Shown: positions 21,918-32,415, numbered from the stretch's first letter. The stretch is DNA of 64,000 nucleotides from Carpediemonas membranifera BICM (GCA_019828565.1 JAHDYR010000067.1:340244-404243), one strand, 5' to 3'. Notes: generated by a model not told the origin, from the letters alone. Made by a program: numbers and translations.

Positions 21918-23483
21918 CTAACACACGTCGACGGGAATCGTCTCCTCGAGCTCGTCGTCACGCACCTCGTCGCCCTCGCAGTCTGTAACATTATACATAT
22001 CCTTACTGCTGACTGCATATAAATCACCAGCGACGTCCTTGAAGTAGAATACGCCCTTGTTAGCAAACCCATCATCCAGGAACCCGAATCTCTTGGTCTC
22101 TACGGGCATAACGATCATTCCGAACTCCGTGCTGCATACAGTTTGACCGGATGAGACCCAAAGCACGTAATTACCACCAAAGAGCACGCGGGAGATGTGC
22201 CCAGGGAACTTGAGCGGCGTTGGCAGGACAAGCTCCATCTCCTTGCGGCCTGGAAGAAGGCCGGATCCGTGAATGTAGTTGAGGTTGGTACCGGCAAAAA
22301 TCACTTCGTTACCGCACAAAAAGGCGACGAATGATTTGATTCTAAAGGCGTCTGAGTAAAGAATCTCGTCCACGTGGAATGGCAGGTCAACGAAGCCTAT
22401 CGGACTGGGGTTGATCCCGAGCCAAGTGCGGCAGGGGGAGTCGTTCTTGATGACTTGGCGGTCACCCTCGGCAAAGATAGTGATGCCCTTGTCAGTTAAG
22501 ATGTGATCTGGGACAAAATCATCCGGCATGGGGACAGGCTGGAAACTGTGGGACTTTTTGCCGGAGAATCGGTGGCCCTCGGACCCGGCGATGATGACAC
22601 CCGCTGGTGTAAGAATGAAGGCGTTGTAGGTGTCCACGGAGACGGTGTTCACGAGCTTGTCCTTGTGCCAGCTGGGCAGGCTGGCTTCGTACTCGGCGAC
22701 CGTCTGGCAGTCGGAAAAGGTGAGGCGGGTCGGGCCGTTGACGTACTGCTCATCCATGCCCAGCTGGTTGAGCACGTTGTAGCCCCAGCCGTAGAGTCCA
22801 CGGCTCGTGACTGCAATGAAGTTTCGACCGTCCTTGGAGGCGACGGACTTGACAAAGGGCAGGTCAACCCGCGCGTACTTCTCCTCGTCGTCGGCAAAGC
22901 TTGGGGAGAACTGCCTGGCGAACAGGCGGCCCGCGTAGCAGCGCTGGAAGGCAACTGTGGCGGAAGGGTCATGCCATGTCTTGACGGTGCCCTCGCTCTC
23001 GGACGCAGCATGGGCTTGCTGCGCCTTCTTGCACATGAACCACATGGCCTTGTCGTTGTCAGTGTACCTGTTCTTGGCCTCGGTGTCTTCGAGGTCGGAG
23101 TCGGCACCAGAGGCCATGAAGATCGTCCAGAACACGCCGTCCGGGAGGTTATAGATGCGCAGAGGGCGCTTGGTAGTGTCAGGCTCGGCTGTAGTGAGGA
23201 CTGGGCCCTTGGTAAGGATGCCACAGACCCGTTTGATGAGGACTTGCGCGATGGGTTGCAGTCTTGGCATGTTCTCAAGCACTTCGAGCAGTGCCTCAAC
23301 AGTCTTGGAAGGAATGGCGGAATGATCAATCTCGCTGCTGATTATGGTGGTTTTGGAAGGAATTCGAGTTCTATACTGGCGCATGAAAGCTGCTGAAAGA
23401 AGGGCGGGAATGTCACCGCTGATTCGCTGGCAGCATGACAGTGATATGTAATAGGCAGTAATGAGCGATTGCCTTTCGTCCAT
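21918..23483 (-). CDS. RCC1/BLIP-II-like repeat protein of the same expanded family
   Basis: GLYGWGYNVLNQLG RCC1 motif; paralogous to 16114-17586 and 53122-54711. Confidence 0.72.
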   Translation of the reverse strand: MDERQSLITAYYISLSCCQRISGDIPALLSAAFMRQYRTRIPSKTTIISSEIDHSAIPSKTVEALLEVLENMPRLQPIAQVLIKRVCGILTKGPVLTTAEPDTTKRPLRIYNLPDGVFWTIFMASGADSDLEDTEAKNRYTDNDKAMWFMCKKAQQAHAASESEGTVKTWHDPSATVAFQRCYAGRLFARQFSPSFADDEEKYARVDLPFVKSVASKDGRNFIAVTSRGLYGWGYNVLNQLGMDEQYVNGPTRLTFSDCQTVAEYEASLPSWHKDKLVNTVSVDTYNAFILTPAGVIIAGSEGHRFSGKKSHSFQPVPMPDDFVPDHILTDKGITIFAEGDRQVIKNDSPCRTWLGINPSPIGFVDLPFHVDEILYSDAFRIKSFVAFLCGNEVIFAGTNLNYIHGSGLLPGRKEMELVLPTPLKFPGHISRVLFGGNYVLWVSSGQTVCSTEFGMIVMPVETKRFGFLDDGFANKGVFYFKDVAGDLYAVSSKDMYNVTDCEGDEVRDDELEETIPVDVC

Positions 23484-23761
23484 TTGCGAAATAATGGTTG
23501 AAGCTTGTCTGTCAAATATTGCCTCAAAGCAGCAGTTCCCAACTTTGCAGAAATTCGTCAGATCTCGGGTCAGCACGCGTCAGAGCCGTCCTTGCCACTA
23601 GCTGTGATCGTGTGACAATCTGTGCAAAGAGTGGAATCTAGCTGGGACGACCGATTTGACTTCAGGAGAGCGAGGTGTAGCACAGCGCATGTATCAGCAC
23701 TATATGCACTGCTGTAATCGCTTCCGTCTTCTGCTCTTGGCCTCGGAACAATCTTGCGATC

Positions 23762-23791
23762 TGTGCTGCGCAGGATTAGAATTGTTGAGTC
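23762..23791. repeat. 30-bp direct repeat, copy 1 (downstream of the Fanzor ORF)
   Basis: TGTGCTGCGCAGGATTAGAATTGTTGAGTC, identical to 25381-25410. Confidence 0.95.
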
Positions 23792-23910
23792 CAAAACACA
23801 CAGTGATCCAAGCAGCATCAGGATCGCAGTGTGGTTCATCATACTCTGTCAATCGTGCGCTGCATATCACGCGCGCTGCAGCGCGTGTTTGCTCAACTTA
23901 GCAAGTTAAT
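23792..23910 (-). ncRNA. Candidate Fanzor omegaRNA scaffold
   Basis: Three stacked hairpins (23895-23907, 23868-23887, 23797-23833) lie directly 3' of the RuvC ORF, where TnpB/Fanzor omegaRNAs are encoded. Function is inferred. Confidence 0.4.
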
Positions 23911-25047
23911 GATAGCGAGGAAGAGCACCTCTCTGGGAGTCGTAGTGGAAAGGAGATTGCTCTATCTGATCTGAAGTTGCATCGAAGGTGCACCAAAGGA
24001 TGTTCTCGCTGGCGCTCTAATCTCGGTGAGAGAGATTGAGAAGTATGACTCTCTGCTCGGGATGCCGACGTAGCCGTTCAACGCGCCATGGAGCTCCCTC
24101 GCACGCGGGATTCTGGCAGAGCATGGTGCGGTGTGTGTGCACCACACGTCGGAAGTGTGATTTGCAGTATGGGCACACGATGGAAGTGCGGAATTCCGAG
24201 ACTATCGTGACACTCACGACGACGTTGTGCCGGAGCATGATGCCAGGAAGAGCTCGAGCAAAGTGGCGGTACGGAGCACAGGAGGGAGTGCCGGCGGAAC
24301 AAAACAGTGCAGCCCCATACGCGACTTCGAGATGAATGGGCTCCGGGGGGCGCCCGCCGAGATCATCCAGGAGTTGACGTCCAGCCCGGGTGAAGTGCTT
24401 CAGGCGCAGACAATGATTGGCAAAAGTCGCACGGCGGAAACACTTTCTCGTCCCCTCGTTGATGATCTGAACGATATTCTCATGGACAAACCTAATCGAC
24501 TGTTTGAGAGCCTCTAGACTTGTCGTTTTGAACGATGCTGCGCTCATATTCACGCGGAAAGAGGGGGTGGCAGTGTAGCCACACTTAGCGAGTACGCCAG
24601 ATACACTCTGCCCGTCTGGTCGGCGGATCGTGTAGCCGCCTAGCGACCGAGCACCAGGGTCGAAGCCCATGAGAGCTTGAATGTCCGGGGCAGGAGTAGC
24701 CTCGGTGTCATCCTGACCGAGCCGAGCCCGCTTGTTGCTGCTACCCTTTTTGTACGTGGGCCGGACTCTCTTCCCTTGGCAATGCTGACGATCTGCGCGA
24801 GGACCTCCTGGTCGAACAGGTTGACCGTCCTCGGTGGGGTCAACGCGTGCGCAGATGCAGAGACGCACGCAAGCAGGCAAGTGAATGTGTGCTTAGCCTG
24901 CGTGAAAGAACGCATGCCGGGTTCAAGATTTCCTCGCCGCGGCGCGTTGTTATCGCCTCCACCGTTAATCTCGCCAATGGCCTTGTTAACGGAAGCCTTC
25001 GCCGTGTATATCTTGGAAGGCATTGGAGTATATTGAGCTGCCTGCAT
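23906..25047 (-). pseudogene. Fanzor (eukaryotic TnpB-like RNA-guided RuvC nuclease), Fanzor1-like, disrupted
   Basis: RuvC-I MGFDPG, VAYGAALF, RuvC-II VSEFRTS, zinc finger CPYC..CQNPAC, and RuvC-III HRD*SASENIL with an in-frame TAG at 24017-24019. The frame continues to TAA at 23906. The 5' part appears frameshifted or truncated, so the 5' boundary is approximate. Confidence 0.82.
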
Positions 25048-25380
25048 CGATCATTTCTTTTCGGGGTTCATCAGCTGGCAGCATCCCTCAAAACACAAGA
25101 AACCAGCATCATACAACACAAAGCGTCTTTACTACCAGCTACAACCGCTTTCGACCACTAGTGTCTCTCACAACAGACTAAGATGACGATGACGACGACA
25201 TGAGCTTCAGACGCCGGCAATGGACGACAGATGAGCGCGTAACAGACGAGCAAAGACGCGAAAGAAGACAGCAGCGTTCGACACAGACGATGGACGACGC
25301 ATCTTTTCGTGCAGACCGACGACTGAAAGCACGAAAGCCCGATGGTACAGACGAGGGCTGAAGTGGGTGAGTGGAGGTAG

Positions 25381-25410
25381 TGTGCTGCGCAGGATTAGAA
25401 TTGTTGAGTC
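25381..25410. repeat. 30-bp direct repeat, copy 2 (upstream of the Fanzor ORF)
   Basis: Identical to 23762-23791. Confidence 0.95.
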
Positions 25411-25722
25411 TAAAAACAAAGCTGCCGCATTCCTAGTTTCTGCTGGAGCGAGAACCAAGATCCCACCCAGAACCGTCGCTCTTACCATCGCCGACGCCCT
25501 CATGTCCGCTACCCTTCTGGTGTACGACAGGTGGGCCGTCAGACTGAACCTGTTCAGTCCTCTGGAGTTCATCCCAGGGGGGTCGACAGCTTAAGTCACC
25601 TTTACATGAATCCTCCACATAAACCTCTAAACGAACCCCCAGAAATCATCTCAAATACCACGATCAATGCCGTAACCTGCACCTACCAGACTTCTCATTC
25701 TCGGCCAGTACAAGCAGCCACA

Positions 25723-27546
25723 ATGAGTAGTACTATGGAAATACTTTCTAATATCCTATCTAACCCTGAGGCAACGCGTGAGTTCTGCTCCCGTGAGTGT
25801 CATCAGGATAACTTGTACTGCCAGGTGAAAACAGCGGCCTCCTTTTTCACCAGGGCTTCGGAAGAGCTTTCATGGAACGATCTGATTCCTATAATGCAAT
25901 CATCAGCCGAGAAGCTCACGAAGTTGTATGAAGGAAACGATGCCCCGGATGACACATGGTTTGGCCTCGTTCTCCTCACCCTCTGGCCCCGCAGCGTGGT
26001 CTTCGAGCCCTGGTACTCCGAAAGCCTGCTCAAGGCGTACTGCATGGCCGCTACGAACCAGATACACGCACATGGCCTCGAGGGCCTCATCCAGGCGTAT
26101 TCTGCGCTGTCTAATGAGCTTATGGCCAATCACCTCGCATCCCTGCATAATATAATCACCGTGCACTTGCTCAAGGAGAAGAAGATCCGGTCCGATCGCC
26201 TGATTGCGCTTTACACTGTGCTCAGGCCCATGCAGGCACTGTATCTCTCGAACGAACGGCGTGACGACCCTTTACCCTACGACGCTTGGCACAACAACGT
26301 AGTGAACGAACAGGTGAACCTGATCAACGACTACCAACACTACTTGGCCTTTACCAAGGGTCGCGGCGACGTCTTCTCCCTTGCCCGCTTCCCGTTCATC
26401 CTCAACGCGCACTCTAAGGTCAGCCTGATGCGGGCCGAGACGAAGACGCTGCAGTACTCGGTGCAGGAGCCCATCTCATTCCTCCCGCCCCGCCCATTTC
26501 ACATGCAGGTTCACAGGGACAGCCTGGTACATGACGCCATACGAAACGTGGCGAACGCCGGCCCTGATGCACTCAAGAGGAAGCTCAGAGTCTCTTTCAT
26601 TGGCGAGGAGGGCATTGACGAGGGCGGTGTGGCCAAGGAGTTCTTCCAGCTCATCGTGCGTCAACTCTTTGATGTTCAGTACGGCATGTTCACTATCGAC
26701 GAGGACACGAACACTTTCTTCTTCGCCCATAACACTCCTGCGTCCGTAGAGGAGTTTAAGCTCGTCGGCGTCCTCCTCGGGCTCTCTGTGTATAACGGGA
26801 TCATCCTCGACGTCCGGCTCCCCCACGTCGTTTACCGCATGCTCTTTGGCATGCCCGTACGACTCCAGGACCTGAGAGGCGCCATCCCGTCACTGTATAA
26901 CGGCCTCCGCCAGCTCCTCGAGATGCCCGAAGAGCTTGTTTCATCTCTCGCCCTCTCGTTTTGTGTCACGGAGTCCAATTTCGGTGAAACACGCACAGTT
27001 GACCTTATTCCTGACGGTGCGTCCATCCCGGTCACTGGAGCGAACCGTCACGAGTACGTTGAGGCATATCTCCAGTATTACCTCGTCTCTGCCGTGCAGT
27101 GGCAATTCGACGCCTTCGCCCAGGGATTCACGTCCGTCGCCATGTGCGAGGCGATTAAGCTGTTCCGCCCCGAGGAGCTCGAGCTCGCCGTCTGCGGCTC
27201 CCCCGTCCTCGACTTCCACGAGCTCGAGGCCGTGACCAAGTACGACGGGCCGTACTCAAAGAGACCGCAAGTGGTCGAGTGGCTGTGGGAGTTGGTCCAT
27301 AAGGAGATGACAGACGCTCAGCGTATCAAGTTCCTCTCGTTCGTGACCGGATCTGGTCGTGCACCGACGAACGGCCTGGGCCACCTGCCGTTCAAGGTCG
27401 TGAAGAACGGGGATGACGACAGGAGGCTGCCCACGGCGCACACGTGCTTCAATGTTCTGATGTTGCCCGAGTATTCCAGCCTGGAAATGCTGAGAAACCG
27501 TCTGTTTACGGCGATTGATAACGCTGAAGGGTTCGGTCTGAGATAG
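25723..27546 (+). CDS. HECT E3 ubiquitin ligase (UBE3A/HERC/Hul4-like)
   Basis: LRVSFIGEEGIDEGGVAKEFFQL, LFRPEELELAVCGS, FLSFVTGS, catalytic RLPTAHTCFNVLMLPEY, EGFGL. Confidence 0.95.
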   Translation: MSSTMEILSNILSNPEATREFCSRECHQDNLYCQVKTAASFFTRASEELSWNDLIPIMQSSAEKLTKLYEGNDAPDDTWFGLVLLTLWPRSVVFEPWYSESLLKAYCMAATNQIHAHGLEGLIQAYSALSNELMANHLASLHNIITVHLLKEKKIRSDRLIALYTVLRPMQALYLSNERRDDPLPYDAWHNNVVNEQVNLINDYQHYLAFTKGRGDVFSLARFPFILNAHSKVSLMRAETKTLQYSVQEPISFLPPRPFHMQVHRDSLVHDAIRNVANAGPDALKRKLRVSFIGEEGIDEGGVAKEFFQLIVRQLFDVQYGMFTIDEDTNTFFFAHNTPASVEEFKLVGVLLGLSVYNGIILDVRLPHVVYRMLFGMPVRLQDLRGAIPSLYNGLRQLLEMPEELVSSLALSFCVTESNFGETRTVDLIPDGASIPVTGANRHEYVEAYLQYYLVSAVQWQFDAFAQGFTSVAMCEAIKLFRPEELELAVCGSPVLDFHELEAVTKYDGPYSKRPQVVEWLWELVHKEMTDAQRIKFLSFVTGSGRAPTNGLGHLPFKVVKNGDDDRRLPTAHTCFNVLMLPEYSSLEMLRNRLFTAIDNAEGFGLR

Positions 27547-27667
27547 ACGTCATGGGGCATGTATTTCCGTTACTGGTTATGATAAATGGACTCGCGTCAT
27601 GTTTGGATGGGTGTTGGTGCTATTTATGTGAGGCTATGTATACCTGCAGCAACGAACAAACCGAGAA

Positions 27668-30600
27668 ATGAGGCTGCAGCTGTTCCTTGCTGCGTTTCTA
27701 ATTGCTGCAACAGTAGCAATTTCGTATGATGAATACGGTCACGGTCGTTTCACATACTACAGCACGGGTATTGCCACGGAATCCAACGATGCCATACTGA
27801 CTGGTTTCCCCTTCAAGCTAGAGTACTTTGGCCTAACCAGCGACTCCTCCGCGTCTCCCTACTGGGTCATTCCCAGCTCATGTGAGATGAGCAGCGGCTA
27901 TACGGCAACAGACAACCCTCTTGAGGTAACCTGTCCAGAACCAGGGGAGCAGCGCTTCACAGTCTATAAGAACGGCGACGACACCACCGCAGACAGCTGG
28001 TACATCAAGATTCTGGGCGATTACGCCAAGTACCACTGGGTCGTCGCCGACTCAACCCTCACTGGCCTTGCTGTGCCCCTCGGAACTGGGACGAGGACGC
28101 TGAACCTGTGGGTGGTGGACATGGAAACATGCGACGCTGACGAGCTGCTGGGTGAAGCTCTGGTGCCGAGTACTACATCGAAACGGTTGACCTCTGGCCT
28201 TCGTAACATCGGCCTGGTGCCCCAGATCGGGATTTCTACAGATTCAGTCATATCCATCACATCTGATGTCGTCTGGAACACCACCATCAATGCCTGGCAG
28301 CTGAACTACACTGCAGACTATCCCACACTGAGCATGGTCCGCGTCTCGTCCAACGGCGCCTCCTTCTTCGGCCACCACGTACGCACAGTCAGCCACATGC
28401 TCACGGCGACCGACCTGCCCAGAGAGCCGAGTGCTTTTACTGAGGACGTGACGGGGGTGATCGCGGGGTGGACGTCGGGCTGGCAGCTCAACCCGTGCGC
28501 AGTCAACCCAAGCGTGCAGATTGCTCGGCCGACGGGGACGTTTACCCGGTTCAGATTCACCCTAGTCAACTTCCGGGAGGCCAGCAAGCTGTATTACATT
28601 GAGCAGGGCGCTCTCGACGGCACCGCCGACACGACGGCGGTCAGTCTACTCGACATCATGCCCACAACGACCAGCATCCTAGCACTGACAGCATTGGGCT
28701 CGGTTTACTACACAGAGGGCAGCACATGGTCTGCCGCGACTGGTCTGACCTCGGCCGTCTCGTCCATCGTCGCCCCAGCCGCCTACGACCCCCTCCGCGA
28801 CGAGGACGACAATCTCTCCGCCCAGAACAAGGTCTACGCCGCATACAGTGCGACTGACGGCTTCTTCCTCTCGACCGACAACGGCGCCACCTGGTCCGCC
28901 CTGGCAGTCGACCTCGGGGCCTACACCACGGCGCTGTCGTACATAGTCTCATCCGTGGAGGCCAAGACCCTCAACATCCTGGCCTCTGACGGGGCGACGA
29001 TCCATACCTTCGTTCATACAGTCGACGCAGTCGGTGATGAGACCACAACTGACAATGGAGCGGTCGAAGATATTGACACGATCCACCCCTGGACCTCACC
29101 CTCGCCTTACATCATTGGTACCGGCACCTCAGTGAAGGTCTCCCCCAACGGCGGGGCGACGTGGCTCGACTCGGACTTCGACTCCCGGGACGCGGCGAGA
29201 CCCGCACCCAACCTCGACGCTGGCGAGAGCATCACCAAGGTCAGTCCACGCGGGTCCTTCGTCCTCCTCCAGTCCACCACTAACCGAGTATTCGTTGGTG
29301 TCTTTGGACACACCTCTGCCAACGAGATCTCAGCCGGCATTGCAGTTGACGGCACGGGGCTGATCTCCTCGGCCCCGTGGGGCCAGGCGGTCTACACCAT
29401 GCAGGCCCAGTTCGGCGGCGTCGGGTACCGGTCGCTGTCTGTCAATGAGCTCGTCAGCACTAAGATCCCGCTGTTCGTCGAGGCGACCGACAGTAATTCC
29501 CAGAACGAGCCTGACGTGTGTCCGGCTGATATCTTCAAGTGGGTGTATGGACCAGCACTGTATCTAGATATCGGAGATACGGCTACGGTTGCGCTGGAGG
29601 ATGCCAGCTCAATCCTGATGACACAATCGGTCGCAGGCTGGGCAGCTGTCGATATTTCCGGCAACACAGCCACTATCCGGCAAAATCCTAACACAATCAA
29701 TCTCACCAACCATGACAGCTGGCAGAAGTCGATGCACTCCGTATCATTGATATGGAGCCCGTATAGCGTTGGAACCGGATGTGCGGCTGCCACCATGACT
29801 GTAGAAGAGTCGACCCTGATCGCCTACACCTCCGAGTACCAGATTTACACCGCTACTGAGCTGCCACACGTGGTTACAACTGCGTCGCTCTCCTCGACAG
29901 CTGGGGCGATGCATCCAACTACACGGGTGCGGTTTGGCTGCCCGCCCAACCGGCATCTGCGTGTCAAGGAGGTTTCTTTCGACCCATCCGACTGTGCAAT
30001 TTTTGCCACGGGAGACCGTCACGACTTCTCTCAAGAGTTCAGCCTGTGGGAGTATCTGAGGCCTGGCCCCGCCGTCGCCTCGAGCTACGCGGCGGACGGG
30101 TTCGACTCGTACGACGTGGCAGCGTATGGCTGCCCGATCTCGGTCTACCAGGGTACGGATGGGTGGAAGCCGACGCTGCAGCTCTACGACGGCCCCACAT
30201 ATGTCAAGGACGTCGAGGCCGACTACGTTATTTACGAGCTCCGCGGCCGGACCGACTTTACGTACAACGCGACCGAGGGCGATGTAGGCTGCACTCACGG
30301 AGCGCAGACGTGGGGCTACATGACGGACGGCTGTGCCAAGGACCGATGGGAGTGCTGGACCAAGACCAACTACATCCCCTGCACCGAGGACACGGGCCGG
30401 TCGTACGGGTCGAGTGACATTTATGACGTCCTCAACAACGCCGGGGATAACGCCATTGTGTTCACTGCGGACGGGGCGGACGGCGTCTTCCTCTTCAGGG
30501 CCCGTGTCCTCGATCCAGAGTTCTCGTTCTGCGAGCTCACTGTTGACTTCGCTGTCGACACTTACGGGGCACCCATTAGCGTGCTGGTCACCTTCCTGGT

Positions 30601-30691
30601 GGTTCTGAGCGGCATCATTGCATCGGCGGTGTGGGTCTGCTGCTCCTACTCGTACTACAAGCGGCGGAAGTTCAAGCTCACCATCAAGTGA
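27668..30691 (+). CDS. CATSPERE: CatSper channel auxiliary subunit epsilon/delta-like type I membrane protein
   Basis: Signal peptide; LWVVD.E.CD.DELLG.A..PS..S..L; GCPPNRH; YGCPI; LYDG..YVKDVEADYVIYELRGRTDF..GC...AQTW; FRARVLDPEFSFCEL..FAVDTYG; C-terminal TM. These match CATSPERE blocks as I recall them. Confidence 0.75.
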   Translation: MRLQLFLAAFLIAATVAISYDEYGHGRFTYYSTGIATESNDAILTGFPFKLEYFGLTSDSSASPYWVIPSSCEMSSGYTATDNPLEVTCPEPGEQRFTVYKNGDDTTADSWYIKILGDYAKYHWVVADSTLTGLAVPLGTGTRTLNLWVVDMETCDADELLGEALVPSTTSKRLTSGLRNIGLVPQIGISTDSVISITSDVVWNTTINAWQLNYTADYPTLSMVRVSSNGASFFGHHVRTVSHMLTATDLPREPSAFTEDVTGVIAGWTSGWQLNPCAVNPSVQIARPTGTFTRFRFTLVNFREASKLYYIEQGALDGTADTTAVSLLDIMPTTTSILALTALGSVYYTEGSTWSAATGLTSAVSSIVAPAAYDPLRDEDDNLSAQNKVYAAYSATDGFFLSTDNGATWSALAVDLGAYTTALSYIVSSVEAKTLNILASDGATIHTFVHTVDAVGDETTTDNGAVEDIDTIHPWTSPSPYIIGTGTSVKVSPNGGATWLDSDFDSRDAARPAPNLDAGESITKVSPRGSFVLLQSTTNRVFVGVFGHTSANEISAGIAVDGTGLISSAPWGQAVYTMQAQFGGVGYRSLSVNELVSTKIPLFVEATDSNSQNEPDVCPADIFKWVYGPALYLDIGDTATVALEDASSILMTQSVAGWAAVDISGNTATIRQNPNTINLTNHDSWQKSMHSVSLIWSPYSVGTGCAAATMTVEESTLIAYTSEYQIYTATELPHVVTTASLSSTAGAMHPTTRVRFGCPPNRHLRVKEVSFDPSDCAIFATGDRHDFSQEFSLWEYLRPGPAVASSYAADGFDSYDVAAYGCPISVYQGTDGWKPTLQLYDGPTYVKDVEADYVIYELRGRTDFTYNATEGDVGCTHGAQTWGYMTDGCAKDRWECWTKTNYIPCTEDTGRSYGSSDIYDVLNNAGDNAIVFTADGADGVFLFRARVLDPEFSFCELTVDFAVDTYGAPISVLVTFLVVLSGIIASAVWVCCSYSYYKRRKFKLTIK

Positions 30692-31378
30692 TCGGATCGT
30701 CGTGGGTTGAGCGATATGCTGCTGTTTATGATGTAAATTTGCGTTTGCGACGCCTAGTTGGTTCGTTCTTATGGCTGAGCGTATTGTGCTCAAGAACTGA
30801 CGGTTAAGACATCGGGAGGAAAAGAAAAGGAAAGGCTGGGCGAGTGTTTATCTGCTCTTCAATCACATTGAGACTTATGAGGCTTGATGTTGGTTATTGA
30901 AGCTGTTCGGGACGCGTTCCTGTGAATATGCGGAGAACGCATGCAAATAGGAACACTATGGAACGACGTCCCGCATTATTGCATAATGGGAGAAGCTGAT
31001 ACACGCGGTGGGCCGAAGCACGCGTGTAACCGACTCTATGTTCATGCCTTTGTTGACTAGCTTTTTTTTCACCAAAAAAGTTTCCGCTGTTTTTTTTTCA
31101 GGCTCGCTCCAATCCGGCAACAGTAATGCGAGAATGACACGCATATTGGGCAGGATACGACATGGTTGGCAGTCTACCAGTTAGCAATGTAGTAGAGTGT
31201 GGGTTGGTGGGTACCTTTTGGCATAGGTGGTTAAGTGTCTGTCCGTAGAGCTAAAGTGATCACTCAACCCACACTCTACTACAGCAATAACACGTTTCCA
31301 ACCGGAGATTCCCTCCCTGTCACAGATCCCCAGAGTCGCCCTGGATTTGCCCAGAGTACAATACAGAGGCTTTATCCG

Positions 31379-32134
31379 CTAGAACCACGCCATGCCGCTA
31401 CCCTTGTCGTTCAACTTCTTATACGCTGGTATCACAACAAAGTTGACGAACGCAATGAGAGTGGGCGTCGCGATAATGATGGTTGCCACAACGAGAGTCA
31501 GACAAACACCGAAGCAAATGAGCAGCAGGATTGCAGCAAGGAGGATATTACGCTTAGCAAAGCTCTTCTTGAGCTGCTCGGCGGTCTTGCTGTATGTACG
31601 CGCCTCGACGGCCAGACCCAGGGCCTGCTCCTCGAGGTCGTTCAGGTTATCTCCACGTTGGAGCATCATGTTGATGTTATCGTGCATGCGGTCCTTGATT
31701 TGACCCGTCTCCTTCTGTAGGAGTGCGATCTTATCCACGTTTTCCAGCGTGTCATAAGTCGAAGACAGGCTGGAGAAGAGGTTCTTGCTGCGGCCAGAGA
31801 GCGAGCCAGAAGTAGCGCTGGACACGGATGACCCGAATCGGACAGAGAACTGGTCTTTGAGCTCTGCCAGGAGCTTGAATGACATGCGCTGGGGGTAGTC
31901 GGCGGCAGTGATGGCAATATACATAGCGGAGGCATCAGAGTCGTAGTTGATGGACGAACTGTCCTTCTTGAGGACTAGTTTGGGTTTCTTGTCGAGATCG
32001 ACGGAGCGAGCCATCTTTGAAACGAGATCCTCGTATTCGGACCGAGAACCGCGGTTTGCAAGATAGGTAGCGATAACAACACGATCATCGCGCCTGACAA
32101 CAGCAAAGAAGCGAACGTTACCCGACGAAGCCAT
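31379..32134 (-). CDS. Longin R-SNARE (VAMP7-like)
   Basis: Longin domain (YPQRMSFKLL); SNARE motif IKDRMHDNINMMLQRGDNLNDLEEQA with zero-layer R; C-terminal TM. Confidence 0.88.
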   Translation of the reverse strand: MASSGNVRFFAVVRRDDRVVIATYLANRGSRSEYEDLVSKMARSVDLDKKPKLVLKKDSSSINYDSDASAMYIAITAADYPQRMSFKLLAELKDQFSVRFGSSVSSATSGSLSGRSKNLFSSLSSTYDTLENVDKIALLQKETGQIKDRMHDNINMMLQRGDNLNDLEEQALGLAVEARTYSKTAEQLKKSFAKRNILLAAILLLICFGVCLTLVVATIIIATPTLIAFVNFVVIPAYKKLNDKGSGMAWF

Positions 32135-32415
32135 CTTGTCGGATTCCCAAGCAGCCAGTGGACCCAAAGCTGCGGAGATCGGCCTCGACTGGAGATAGAA
32201 TCTGCGATATATCGCTAGTTTGGGCCATTATCTGGAGGTTTACTCTTTGAACACTCTGTTCTTCGCTGTCGAATCCCCTGGCCATGCTGATGAGTGCACA
32301 TCTACAGGGCATTGTGACATGGACCGAGGAGTCCAGAGACGGCGGGGGTGCAGGCTCTCGGGTGGGGTTGGTGGTGGTGGCGCGTTGTGTTGGCAACGAC
32401 CCGTTTGTCCCACTC

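Noticed and set aside
24017-24019. TAG in Fanzor as a reassigned sense codon (hexamitid-type TAR=Gln)
   Set aside because: Conserved genes in this window end at TAG or TAA at the expected positions (HECT, proteasome subunit, Hsp70-like with TDEL), so the standard code applies.
23762-25410. 30-bp repeats as a CRISPR array
   Set aside because: Only two copies, 1.6 kb apart, in a eukaryotic context.
31050-31100. T runs as Pol III terminators of an snRNA
   Set aside because: No U6, U5, tRNA or 5S motifs were recognised upstream.
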